Assembly: GCA_964399865.1 (NCBI GenBank)
Contig: CAYNRJ010000001.1
Coordinates: forward strand, 330,050 to 394,049
Reading direction: 5' to 3'
Source: an uncultured Candidatus Saccharibacteria bacterium
Lineage (GTDB): Bacteria > Patescibacteriota > Minisyncoccia > Phycocordibacterales > UBA2100
Length of the DNA stretch: 64,000 bases
A program made the translations under genes and the position numbers. A model generated the notes under the pieces. The model had not been told where the DNA came from and did not search any database. It saw nothing but the letters and a program-made list of their open reading frames with translations. Positions 18,901 through 25,972 of this stretch are shown here, one piece after another. Every line of letters starts with the position of its first letter. Within the stretch, counting starts at the first letter, position 1.

Positions 18901-19763
18901 ATCATTGCAGACCCCTGATCCCCTCCGGTTGCTGTGTTTTCACCTGTTCGTGCATGTGTATCATCAGCTGTCGTAAGCTCTGCCCAGTTGTCGGCAGACG
19001 CAGTAATTTTCGAACTGTTGGTCGTGCCAGGTCCATCTACGTTTGCACGCGTAATGTTGAGAATATTTTTTACATTAGATGCGGCCGTCGCGTTTCCGGT
19101 AAATACAGTGCCTCCACTCTTTGCACCTGTGTTGTCTTCGTCGCCAGCGACTATGAACTGCGGATCATTCGCGGCCATTTCTGTTGAGGTCGCACTGAGA
19201 TCAACTACAGGACGGTTATCGTTTGGATTAGGTGCTGCGGGTGTACCGATGTTATTGAAGTCTGTGTTATCAGTGTCGCTTTCCTCTGGTGGTACTTCCG
19301 CTGAATCTGTCGACGAGGTGGAAGATGGAGTAGTGTCTACTTCTGCAAACGAGCACGAATCACCGGTCCACAATCCGCCATTTGTCTGACACTGTAAATC
19401 GGCACATGGGCCGACACTCTGACTCCCTGGCACATTTGGACAGACATCCGCTGGTGGTGGCGGCGGAGTATCTGGCATGTCGCATTCGGTACCTGTCCAA
19501 GTGCCACCTGCAATTCCACACGCCGTATCAGCGCATGGACCACTTCCCTGATCACCGGGAACGTTCGGACATACATCGGGAGGCGGCTCTGGTACATCAC
19601 AGAATGTTCCATTCCATGTGCCTCCTGCTCTGTCGCAGTCTCTCTCTTGTATGACATCCGCGTACGCATATTCGCCAACCGGGAGAAGAGGACCGCATAC
19701 CAGAACAACTGTAAGGACTACAGTCAAGAAGCGGTATGCCAAGTTTAAAATTGTTTTATTCAT
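15903..19763 (-). CDS. giant secreted cell-surface protein with Cys-repeat modules, DUF11-like repeat, Gly/Ser spacer and C-terminal peptidoglycan-binding domain
   Basis: Signal peptide; at least six copies of the ~30-aa module CPNVPGxQ..PCADxxC..GGTWxGxxC. Nine GGGSS repeats are followed by a poly-Gly run and a DUF11-like stretch (KVKNNGDAPASNVVLT). The C-terminal PG_binding_1-like domain (LQIFLNA...AVKIFQQKYASEILTPLG) is followed by a Pro/Ala-rich tail. Confidence 0.7.
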   Translation of the reverse strand: MNKTILNLAYRFLTVVLTVVLVCGPLLPVGEYAYADVIQERDCDRAGGTWNGTFCDVPEPPPDVCPNVPGDQGSGPCADTACGIAGGTWTGTECDMPDTPPPPPADVCPNVPGSQSVGPCADLQCQTNGGLWTGDSCSFAEVDTTPSSTSSTDSAEVPPEESDTDNTDFNNIGTPAAPNPNDNRPVVDLSATSTEMAANDPQFIVAGDEDNTGAKSGGTVFTGNATAASNVKNILNITRANVDGPGTTNSSKITASADNWAELTTADDTHARTGENTATGGDQGSAMIKTGKAVSTAEVMNVVNTNLFNSNGLVLFLNPMNGDGFDLRDFDLSYFYDGGPGASPTQYGCTILTCLNSSDLKIINKNEATVKNTVNVRAETGKNAGTAIGAGNVSIETGDAYAAANVLNLVNTNFINSSYLLLSMNNFGDLNDDIVLPAATFFEDLLASGNTLPAMNSSSYVVSNDNDENFFGTTTAKAITGENAATSTALGHGEISSGNAYTSSNSYTAANQTRVGGASVLLSFRVWGSWSGSIQGLPQGMTWRATRSSDNTSWLIEVYSQGSTGGAGTGGLFNSSDFLATSTNMATVTTDVDVQAITGENSTETEDGVGTISTGDAYAAANIINMVNTNIVNRDWIFASFNIFGDWSGDISFGSHSPDLTVETVTNGTSPYAPGSDLQYQFKVKNNGDAPASNVVLTAEYNKTLLNFLRSTPLSSNTAAGRSWNLGTIAGGATKEVTMDVRILVQSLATGTSLSTPLTTRVTSTEHDQNDHDNTGTYSITIGSGSSGGSGGPGDVCPNVPGSQSSTPCADTTCTTTGGTWNGSSCTPASTGGGGTDVCPNVPGDQTTTPCADATCSVGGGTWTGSSCTPASTGGGSSGGGSSGGGSSGGGSSGGGSSGGGSSGGGSSGGGSSGGGGGGGGGGGGGSAIAAGTNPTGTAPASTAVAGSLGKDLEIVRVKSGVSTPDARINGTVDPMVSVQKDVSISTTATTTTTNYVVVVKNAKTAQPAYRAILTDTMYAPNGKVVYTRSWNLATLVPGDEITLTYSVEFPQKTTMAGVYKNVARVTGQRNETWVADQIIKMPPAEAWAEVEFAVKKPQVLGATSPAPSGAACTPLLTMNLRLGTRHEEVKKLQIFLNASPDTRVAAMGVGSPGYESILYGQMTASAVKIFQQKYASEILTPLGLTQPTGSVYASTRQKINELACGQVTPVEAPAAPVETFTEAAPVTTAPAEETPPAAAPAAQKSAPAPAKKVVTTTTKKSSSETSDSLAKSFGSWFSSFVPKSD
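16975..17140. repeat. imperfect 15-bp tandem repeat (about 9 units) plus poly-G-coding tract inside the 1286-aa gene
   Basis: The DNA repeats read ccNccNgaNgaNcc and encode (GGGSS)x9 preceded by a G12 run. Confidence 0.8.
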
Positions 19764-19813
19764 GTTTCCCTCTATGAGCCCTCAACTTCTATACCGTATA
19801 GCACAGTGGGTCA

Positions 19814-19834
19814 AGACCTCATGAGAAGGAGGGA
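19814..19834. promoter_or_regulatory. conserved 21-bp upstream element agacctcatgagaaggaggga, copy 1 (51-71 nt upstream of the 1286-aa gene start)
   Basis: Identical 21-mer also at 24414..24434, at the same distance from another secreted-protein gene start. Confidence 0.5.
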
Positions 19835-19897
19835 TGATCGATTCCTTGTGAGGAACCTCATCCCTCTCCCCTTGTACGTATCTGCTTGAAAGAACTA

Positions 19898-20320
19898 CTA
19901 CTTTCGGAATCGAGAGATTATGGTGTGAACGAGTGTAATGAAGCTCACCTCCTCCGGCTCTTGATCGAGATTCTCGACTTCCTCCTCTGCGGTGCCATCA
20001 AGGTCGTCGCTCGCGAAATCCTGCGGATTTGGATCGCTCTCAATGAGGTCGTTTAGTAACTCCTGCGCGAGCGCTTCATTCACATTCACATCTTGTGGAT
20101 TTGTATTCGTCGCGCCATTCCCTCCCGAGCTCCCTCCACTGGTGCTACCGGTGCCACCCGACGATCCTTCAGTCGTAGTCGTTGGCCTGGCGAGTCCTGC
20201 ATCGAGACGAAGGGACGTTCTATCTGCTGCGTGCGCGAGCGGAGTGAACGCGGCTGCGCATACGAACGCTACGAGAGTGATCGCGAGCTTTGCTTCTATT
20301 CGAGTTAGATACGTAGACAT
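19898..20320 (-). CDS. small secreted acidic protein
   Basis: Signal peptide ending LAHA; Gly/Ser-rich then Asp/Glu-rich C-terminus. Confidence 0.45.
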   Translation of the reverse strand: MSTYLTRIEAKLAITLVAFVCAAAFTPLAHAADRTSLRLDAGLARPTTTTEGSSGGTGSTSGGSSGGNGATNTNPQDVNVNEALAQELLNDLIESDPNPQDFASDDLDGTAEEEVENLDQEPEEVSFITLVHTIISRFRK

Positions 20321-20330
20321 AGTTGATTAA

Positions 20331-23180
20331 TTACGCTTCACAATTAATTACCGAGTTGTAACCGATACCGGCGCTGCATGTATCGGTGTCCGCCCCGCCA
20401 TCAATGGTGTCGTTGCCGGTGCCTGCAGTTATGGAGTCATTTCCAGCACCCGACTTGATGTTGTTATGACCTCCACCCGCGTCGATAACATCATTACCGG
20501 AGCCCGTTGTTATCTGATCACCTTTGACTCCCGCTGTAATATTTTTGTTACCATTTCCTGTCACGATCTTGTTGTACCCATCGCCTGCATGGATCGTCTG
20601 TACTCCGTCACCTGTTGTGATGTTGTCGGCGTCAACTCCTCCTACGATGTATCCTGAGCCGTTACCTGTCACGATCACGTTGTATCCATCTCCTGCGCTG
20701 ATCGTGAAGTCACCGTTGCCGAGAGTTATCTTGTCAGTCTTAGCGCCTGTGCAGACGATGTAGTTTCCATCAGCAGGTCCGTTCACTATGTCGTAACCTC
20801 CGTGTCCCACGAACATCGTGAAAGGAACTATGGTGACATCGTCGTTACCTACTGTGCCGTTCTGAAGTGTGTAGCCAAGTGGTGCTACTCCTGGGGTGCT
20901 GCACGCATTCGCTGGAGGTGGCACGACCGGTGGAGCCGCGTTGTCGTCATTGGTGATCGTACACGTCACGTTCTCTCCAGCGGCGACAGTGACCGTATCA
21001 CCATCATTCTGTAATGCCGCGCCGGTGCAGACCCATGCACTTCCCGTGTAGCCTGACGGTCCTGATTCTGAGAGATCGTACACGCCCGGAGTAACGACTG
21101 CGTTCGTGACGTTTGCATTACCCTCAACACCCGAGATCGGAGTAGGACCATTTGCACTGAGTGTCCACGCAGTATCGATCTCTGTACCAGTGTCATTGTT
21201 GTTTACGATCTTTTGGAGCGTAAGTGTTCCTGTCGCTGGAGCTGGAGCGCATGTTTCGTTCCAGACGATAATGTATGTATCGGACGTTATGCCTGTAAGA
21301 ACAGCGCTCGAAGATGTCGCAGCTCCTGCAGCAGCAAGTTCTGAACTGCCTACTGAATACCCTGTGAGCGCGAATGGCTTGCCTTCGACACAACTTGCTC
21401 CGACGTTTGATCCTGTCAGGTCTTCTGCAACGGAGTAATCAGCGCCGCTCGTCATGTCTGCGGTTGTCGCTTCGTACTCGTTAGGATTGTTGAAACCTGT
21501 AGTCGAAAGATTGAACGAACCGGAACCTGCGCCGATGTTGGTCGCTGCCCACGATGCATTCATTGGGAATGACGCATTGTCTGCGTTCACTGCAGTTGCA
21601 TGCACGCCGTCCACATATTTGACGATCGTAACCGTAACATCTGGTGTAGCCGCTGCTGGTTCGAAGTCGAACACCTTTCGAGTGGAGTTCGTTTCAAATA
21701 CGAACTTATCGATGTTTTCGGTGTATCCGTCAACATACGGCTCGCCTACACGAAGTCCGAGCCAAGAGTCAGTCACCCTCATGCGAATACCTGGGTACGA
21801 TGCGAGAAGATCATTCCAGCTACGCGGAGTTGTTCCTGCAGTCGCTGTTCCCGGCCATGTTGCGCCAGAGTAACGATACATCGCAGCACCGTCCTGCACT
21901 GCATCCCATTCTTGCCACGTATCCTGAACTACCGTGCCATTGTCAGATGGGAGGAATACGAGTCGTCTCTGCCACGTGTCTGTGCCGTTAAAGTCGACAT
22001 TGAAGTTGAGGTAGGCAGATCGATCTGCGCTCCCTCCGTTTCCTGCTGAAGGATTGTAGGTGCTGAAGCGCATCTCACGGATAGAGCTTAGGGGTGTACC
22101 ACCGAATTGATACGTCGCAAGATTGCGGCGCTCAGAACCAGTAACACTTATCTGTGCGCTACCGTCACCAAGCGGAGTAGTGTCCGGTCCTGCAACAAAT
22201 GAACCGAGCCCGTTGTCTACCGTATCGTTCTCATCATTGTAGAAGAACCATTTGTCGAGTCCGCCCGCGTATACATCGCCAGGAAGTGGACCGTTAGGAT
22301 CAAGATCCGCAGCGCGAACGACGATTGTGTCTTCTGTCACCGCAGTAGCACCAGAAGAAGAAAGATTCACGTTGTCGATAAGGTAACCCATGCCAGCTGT
22401 GGCCGGCGCCGCTGCCCCGCCCGCGCGGAAAAGAAGCGCGCGAACGACGCGACTCTGATTTACGAGGTTCGGGTTCGATTCGTTGTCAAAGCGGTAGTAG
22501 TTCTCCCATGTAGTACCCGTGTGAACGAGTACGTCGTTGTGGTAGATCTTGACGACATCGTTCGACGGACCGTCGACGAAGTCAATGACAAATTTGAATT
22601 TATGAGTAACTGCGCGCGAAAGATTGTCAGCAATAAGTGTCGGGGAGAATGTCGCTGGATCGATGACGGAAGTAACATCGTAGAATGTTACATCAATACC
22701 ATCTGGGGTATCCGCGAAACTGAGGTAGCTCATACGTGCACCGTCACCACTATCAGGAGAAACAGAGAGGAATAGGCCCGGTTGTTCAACGAGAGTCATT
22801 GGACGGATCTCAAACTCCGCTTCAAAGTGCGGCTGGCGTGTACCACCGAATGAAGTGGATTGTGCATCCGATTCTCCTGCCTCATCGACGAGATGCTTCG
22901 AGAATGTTTGATCACCGAAAGAACCGCTTGTTACCGCGTTTGAGAAACGGAGCGATTGCGAGCCGAATCCAGGCACGCCATATGAACTGGTAACTGCAAC
23001 ATCATAGCCACCAGTCTTTGTCCACCCATCTTGACCATTGATATTCCCGAGCGCGTACGTCGGGCTTTCGAATGCGACGTCTGCGCTGTCAGCGAATGCG
23101 GAGAACGCAAACAGTCCGGCCGCGCCGAGTGCTACCGCGAGCACGATGGTTCCTACTGTGATGGATAATTTTCTTGTCAT
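20331..23180 (-). CDS. large secreted protein with SpaA/CnaB-like beta-sandwich domain and C-terminal RTX-like nonapeptide (xGxGxDxIx) repeats
   Basis: Signal peptide and a CnaB/SpaA-like segment (VVTPGVYDLSESGPSGYTGSAWVC...GENVTCTITND). The C-terminus holds more than 11 consecutive 9-residue repeats such as TGSGNDVID, AGGGHNNIK, SGAGNDSIT and AGTGNDTID, which predict a beta-roll. Confidence 0.6.
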   Translation of the reverse strand: MTRKLSITVGTIVLAVALGAAGLFAFSAFADSADVAFESPTYALGNINGQDGWTKTGGYDVAVTSSYGVPGFGSQSLRFSNAVTSGSFGDQTFSKHLVDEAGESDAQSTSFGGTRQPHFEAEFEIRPMTLVEQPGLFLSVSPDSGDGARMSYLSFADTPDGIDVTFYDVTSVIDPATFSPTLIADNLSRAVTHKFKFVIDFVDGPSNDVVKIYHNDVLVHTGTTWENYYRFDNESNPNLVNQSRVVRALLFRAGGAAAPATAGMGYLIDNVNLSSSGATAVTEDTIVVRAADLDPNGPLPGDVYAGGLDKWFFYNDENDTVDNGLGSFVAGPDTTPLGDGSAQISVTGSERRNLATYQFGGTPLSSIREMRFSTYNPSAGNGGSADRSAYLNFNVDFNGTDTWQRRLVFLPSDNGTVVQDTWQEWDAVQDGAAMYRYSGATWPGTATAGTTPRSWNDLLASYPGIRMRVTDSWLGLRVGEPYVDGYTENIDKFVFETNSTRKVFDFEPAAATPDVTVTIVKYVDGVHATAVNADNASFPMNASWAATNIGAGSGSFNLSTTGFNNPNEYEATTADMTSGADYSVAEDLTGSNVGASCVEGKPFALTGYSVGSSELAAAGAATSSSAVLTGITSDTYIIVWNETCAPAPATGTLTLQKIVNNNDTGTEIDTAWTLSANGPTPISGVEGNANVTNAVVTPGVYDLSESGPSGYTGSAWVCTGAALQNDGDTVTVAAGENVTCTITNDDNAAPPVVPPPANACSTPGVAPLGYTLQNGTVGNDDVTIVPFTMFVGHGGYDIVNGPADGNYIVCTGAKTDKITLGNGDFTISAGDGYNVIVTGNGSGYIVGGVDADNITTGDGVQTIHAGDGYNKIVTGNGNKNITAGVKGDQITTGSGNDVIDAGGGHNNIKSGAGNDSITAGTGNDTIDGGADTDTCSAGIGYNSVINCEA

Positions 23181-23212
23181 ACTGTTTCTTTTAACATTAA
23201 TAAAACTAATAA

Positions 23213-23650
23213 TTAGCGAGTGCGTCCCGTGGAATCAGTGCATCCGGTCCGTGTGCGACCATCGCACGAAGGTGTCGGAGCAGTCGGGGTCGGGTTCTCA
23301 GCTGGTGGAGTTGGCGGTGTTGGAGGAGGCGGATTAGTTGGACCGACATTCACTTCGTGAACGTCGACATTTTCATCACCTGTCGTGACATTGCCACCGG
23401 AGTTACCGCCAGTATCAACTTCGCCAGTAGTCTGACTTGTGATTCCACCTGGATTGTGTGCAGGAGGAAGAATTGTGACAACGGGAGCTGGAGTAGGAAT
23501 CGGTGCTGGAGTGAGATCAACCGTTCGTCCTGATGTCCCCCGACTACGTAGATCTTGCGTGTCTGCGTAGGCGCTCACGGCGAACGCGAAGGACGCAAGT
23601 CCCGCGAACACGAAGAGGGTTCCTACGAGTGCTGAAGTTATTTTTGTCAT
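23213..23650 (-). CDS. secreted Pro/Thr-rich protein
   Basis: Likely start at MTKITSALVGTLFVFAGLASFAFAVSAYA (signal peptide) with AAAGGAAAC ribosome-binding site upstream; PPPPTPPTPP tracts. Confidence 0.5.
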   Translation of the reverse strand: MTKITSALVGTLFVFAGLASFAFAVSAYADTQDLRSRGTSGRTVDLTPAPIPTPAPVVTILPPAHNPGGITSQTTGEVDTGGNSGGNVTTGDENVDVHEVNVGPTNPPPPTPPTPPAENPTPTAPTPSCDGRTRTGCTDSTGRTR

Positions 23651-23686
23651 ATGTCTAGTTTCCTTTACGTAGCCGGTAATACTCTT

Positions 23687-23836
23687 TTTAGCGGAAGCGC
23701 GCAAAGGCAGCACCGATATCATTTAATACAGATGGAGCTGATGGTGTGCGTACGCATGCGAACGCAAGCATCGGTGTGAGGAGGAGGACAACGACTGCGA
23801 GAGCGAGAAAACCTTTCGTAGAGAGAATCTTTTTCA
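23687..23836 (-). CDS. possible 49-aa hydrophobic leader-like peptide (MKKILSTKGFLALAVVVLLLTPMLAFACVRTPSAPSVLNDIGAAFARFR)
   Basis: Hand translation of the minus strand; absent from the ORF track because it is under 60 aa; directly precedes the Pro-rich protein gene. Confidence 0.2.
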
Positions 23837-23856
23837 TATCTATATTTTTGTTCTAC

Positions 23857-24357
23857 TTAGCGAGTAATTCTAATAATCGTGACATTGATGGCGTTCAAAG
23901 CGTTTGCGTTCGATACTCCACTTCCAGCATGTACCAATCCCCCAGGAGCAGCGCCGCCGCCGTTTCCTCCATTGCCTCCATTGCCTGCCGTAGCGCCTCC
24001 GTTATTACCACCATTTCCTCCAGCGCCACCCGCTGAAGAAGCGTCGGCTCCGTTGTCGCCATCGGACTGATCACTCGAAGTTGTGCCACCTGTGTTCGAG
24101 TTCTCATCGGCCGGCGTCGTCTCAGGCTGTCCACCACGAGTTCCGGCAAACGTGAGTCGAGAAATTACATTACTTTCTGGATTCGCGTTGGAAATACCTG
24201 TGCCCGCTCTTAGGAGGGAGTTTCCTCCACCGAGAGTTGAGCTCATCGCGATTGCGGCATGCGTGCGGAGCGGTGCAAAGAACAACACGGCTGCGAGTAT
24301 GGGTAATGCCAAGGCGAGGAGGACCTTTATCTCGAAAGTCATGTTTGTTCTTTCCAT
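23857..24357 (-). CDS. secreted Gly/Asn-rich repeat protein (curlin-repeat-like)
   Basis: Signal peptide; GGGNSLLRAG, GNGGNGGNGG tracts; C-terminal GSGVSNANALNAINVTIIRITR; paralog of the next gene. Confidence 0.55.
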   Translation of the reverse strand: MERTNMTFEIKVLLALALPILAAVLFFAPLRTHAAIAMSSTLGGGNSLLRAGTGISNANPESNVISRLTFAGTRGGQPETTPADENSNTGGTTSSDQSDGDNGADASSAGGAGGNGGNNGGATAGNGGNGGNGGGAAPGGLVHAGSGVSNANALNAINVTIIRITR

Positions 24358-24413
24358 ATTATTTTTTGTTGAGACTACTAACTCTTTCCCTCTCTGAAGC
24401 CTCGTTTCCCGTC

Positions 24414-24434
24414 AGACCTCATGAGAAGGAGGGA
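24414..24434. promoter_or_regulatory. conserved 21-bp upstream element agacctcatgagaaggaggga, copy 2 (57-77 nt upstream of the 166-aa gene start)
   Basis: Identical to 19814..19834. Confidence 0.5.
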
Positions 24435-24499
24435 CTCCCTCTTTGCAGAGTTTGTCCCTACCTCCCGCTTTACCTTCTCTAACTTAGAGAAGACAAAGA

Positions 24500-25204
24500 C
24501 TACATGCGAACGCGGACGAATGTCGTGTTCAGCAAGTTGATCGAGCCAGAAGTGCTTGAAGCATTTCCAGTTCCGATAGTACCGCCAAGACCTCCTGCGC
24601 CACCTGCGCCACCAGATCCTGCCTTAGCACCACCGTTGTTCTCGCTTCCAACACCACCATCGATTACACCGCCGTTGCCTGCATTGCCGCCTGCGCTACC
24701 AAGAGCGAGGTTCTGGCCTGTGCGAGCACGTGCCTGTGTTGTGTTATCGATTGTGTTAGCAGTGTCATCGTTGTCGACATTAGCTACGATAGTGACGCTG
24801 TTGAGGTCGCCACATTCACAGTCGAATGCAACTTCGAGATCTGTTCCGTTGAGACCGTTCTCAGTACCAGATTCAGATGTAGCGTTGCCCGTCTGAACGA
24901 GTCCGCCTGCACCGCCGTTACCACCGTTACCGCCGTTACCAGCAGTTGCTCCGCCGTTGTTCTCGCTGCCAGCTGAAGAAACGCCGCCACCGAGACCACC
25001 AGCTCCACCGATAGAACCTAGAGCAAGGTTCTGACCTGTGTGAGAGTCAGCCTGTGTTGTGTTAGTGATCGTGCCACGATTTGTGACGTTGATCGTAACG
25101 CTTGAGGAATTAACTGCTGCGAAAGCTGGAGTAACGAAGGAAAAGACCATCGCTACTGCTGCGATAACAGCGAGAGATGAATTCAATGCGATTGATTTTG
25201 TCAT
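24500..25204 (-). CDS. secreted Gly/Asn-rich repeat protein with internal duplication (paralog of 23857..24357)
   Basis: Signal peptide; two copies of the unit ...NTTQA...TGQNLALGS.GG.GG...GSENNGGA.AGNGGNGG...TGNA.S.SG; C-terminal hydrophobic-alternating tail TFVRVRM. Confidence 0.55.
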   Translation of the reverse strand: MTKSIALNSSLAVIAAVAMVFSFVTPAFAAVNSSSVTINVTNRGTITNTTQADSHTGQNLALGSIGGAGGLGGGVSSAGSENNGGATAGNGGNGGNGGAGGLVQTGNATSESGTENGLNGTDLEVAFDCECGDLNSVTIVANVDNDDTANTIDNTTQARARTGQNLALGSAGGNAGNGGVIDGGVGSENNGGAKAGSGGAGGAGGLGGTIGTGNASSTSGSINLLNTTFVRVRM

Positions 25205-25305
25205 ATTATTTTTTTGAATTATTTGATTTTTTGTAATCTACTGTCTTCGTACTTGCGTACAACTGACAGTTTATCGACCATTAATTGTGAACTTGTGCAG
25301 TTCAC

Positions 25306-25335
25306 GGCACGAATCATCCTCGGATGATTCGTGCC
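25306..25335. repeat. perfect 14-bp inverted repeat ggcacgaatcatcc-tc-ggatgattcgtgcc
   Basis: Read directly; lies about 100-130 nt upstream of the 234-aa gene start on the minus strand. Confidence 0.85.
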
Positions 25336-25369
25336 GTACCCTTCACCGAGCTCGAAATTTTAATAACGC

Positions 25370-25412
25370 AAAAAAAGCGAAGCCTCGCGAGAGTGCTTCG
25401 CCATTTTTGTTT
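25370..25412. terminator. bidirectional intrinsic terminator
   Basis: A7, then gcgaagc/gcttcgc stem with 11-nt loop, then ttttgttt. Confidence 0.55.
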
Positions 25413-25699
25413 CCGTATTCTTTTTTTGCGGTGAATTTCTGTGTAGCGGTCATATTGAACCGCTGGTTTCCTACGCCGCGCGCGCACGCAACGTGGGAGG
25501 ATTATCCTCCCGCCCTACTAGCGTGTCAAGAAAATAAGCCCTTAAACCCGGCTTGGATACAAATAAATATCACCGTCAAGTTTGTTGCGTAATATTTTTT
25601 TATGAATTTGTGTGTACCACGTCACGAAGAAATATTTTTGTATACAGTACGTCTAAGAAATACACCAAAAATACACGCTAGGAGCGTTATAATTTCACA

Positions 25700-25960
25700 A
25701 GATGGAAGCGGTGAGGCCGTAAAGTGGGCCCAAAACCTGGGGAAACCAGCGCAAAGCTGCCAGCTTCGGGCCCACTTTAAAGCCCCATGCGAGAGAAAGC
25801 GAAGTGTGATGACTTAAGAATTCGACTTCGCGGCTTCCTCACGAATCTACATGCCTCAAACTTTGAGACATCCGGCGGCATCCTATACAACCGCTCTACA
25901 TTGTCAACAAAAATCTGACGTCGAGGGAAAACAAAACTCCCGGAGTGGGAGTTTTGTTTT
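25700..25960 (+). ncRNA. candidate ORF-free transcript with structured core (class unknown)
   Basis: TATAAT-like box at 25688..25693. A 10-bp stem (aagtgggccc/gggcccactt, 25722..25777) encloses nested small stems. The segment ends at the terminator 25928..25960, and about 700 bp here carry no credible ORF. Confidence 0.25.
25928..25960. terminator. bidirectional intrinsic terminator (ends the 585-aa gene on the minus strand)
   Basis: aaaactccc/gggagtttt stem with 5-nt loop, flanked by an A-run and a T-run. Confidence 0.65.
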
Positions 25961-25972
25961 CAAAATCACGAC

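Noticed and set aside
23879-24397. Plus-strand Pro/Ala-rich ORFs (23879..24070, 24083..24397) opposite the Gly/Asn-rich gene
   Set aside because: They are antisense translations of the Gly-rich codon repeats (GGN read on the opposite strand gives Pro/Ala codons). There is no independent evidence for them.
25650-25960. SRP (4.5S) RNA or 6S RNA identity for the terminator-bracketed structured segment
   Set aside because: I could not align the conserved SRP domain IV motif (GGUCAGGUCCGGAAGGAAGCAGC) or a 6S central-bubble architecture on either strand. It is kept only as an unclassified ncRNA candidate.
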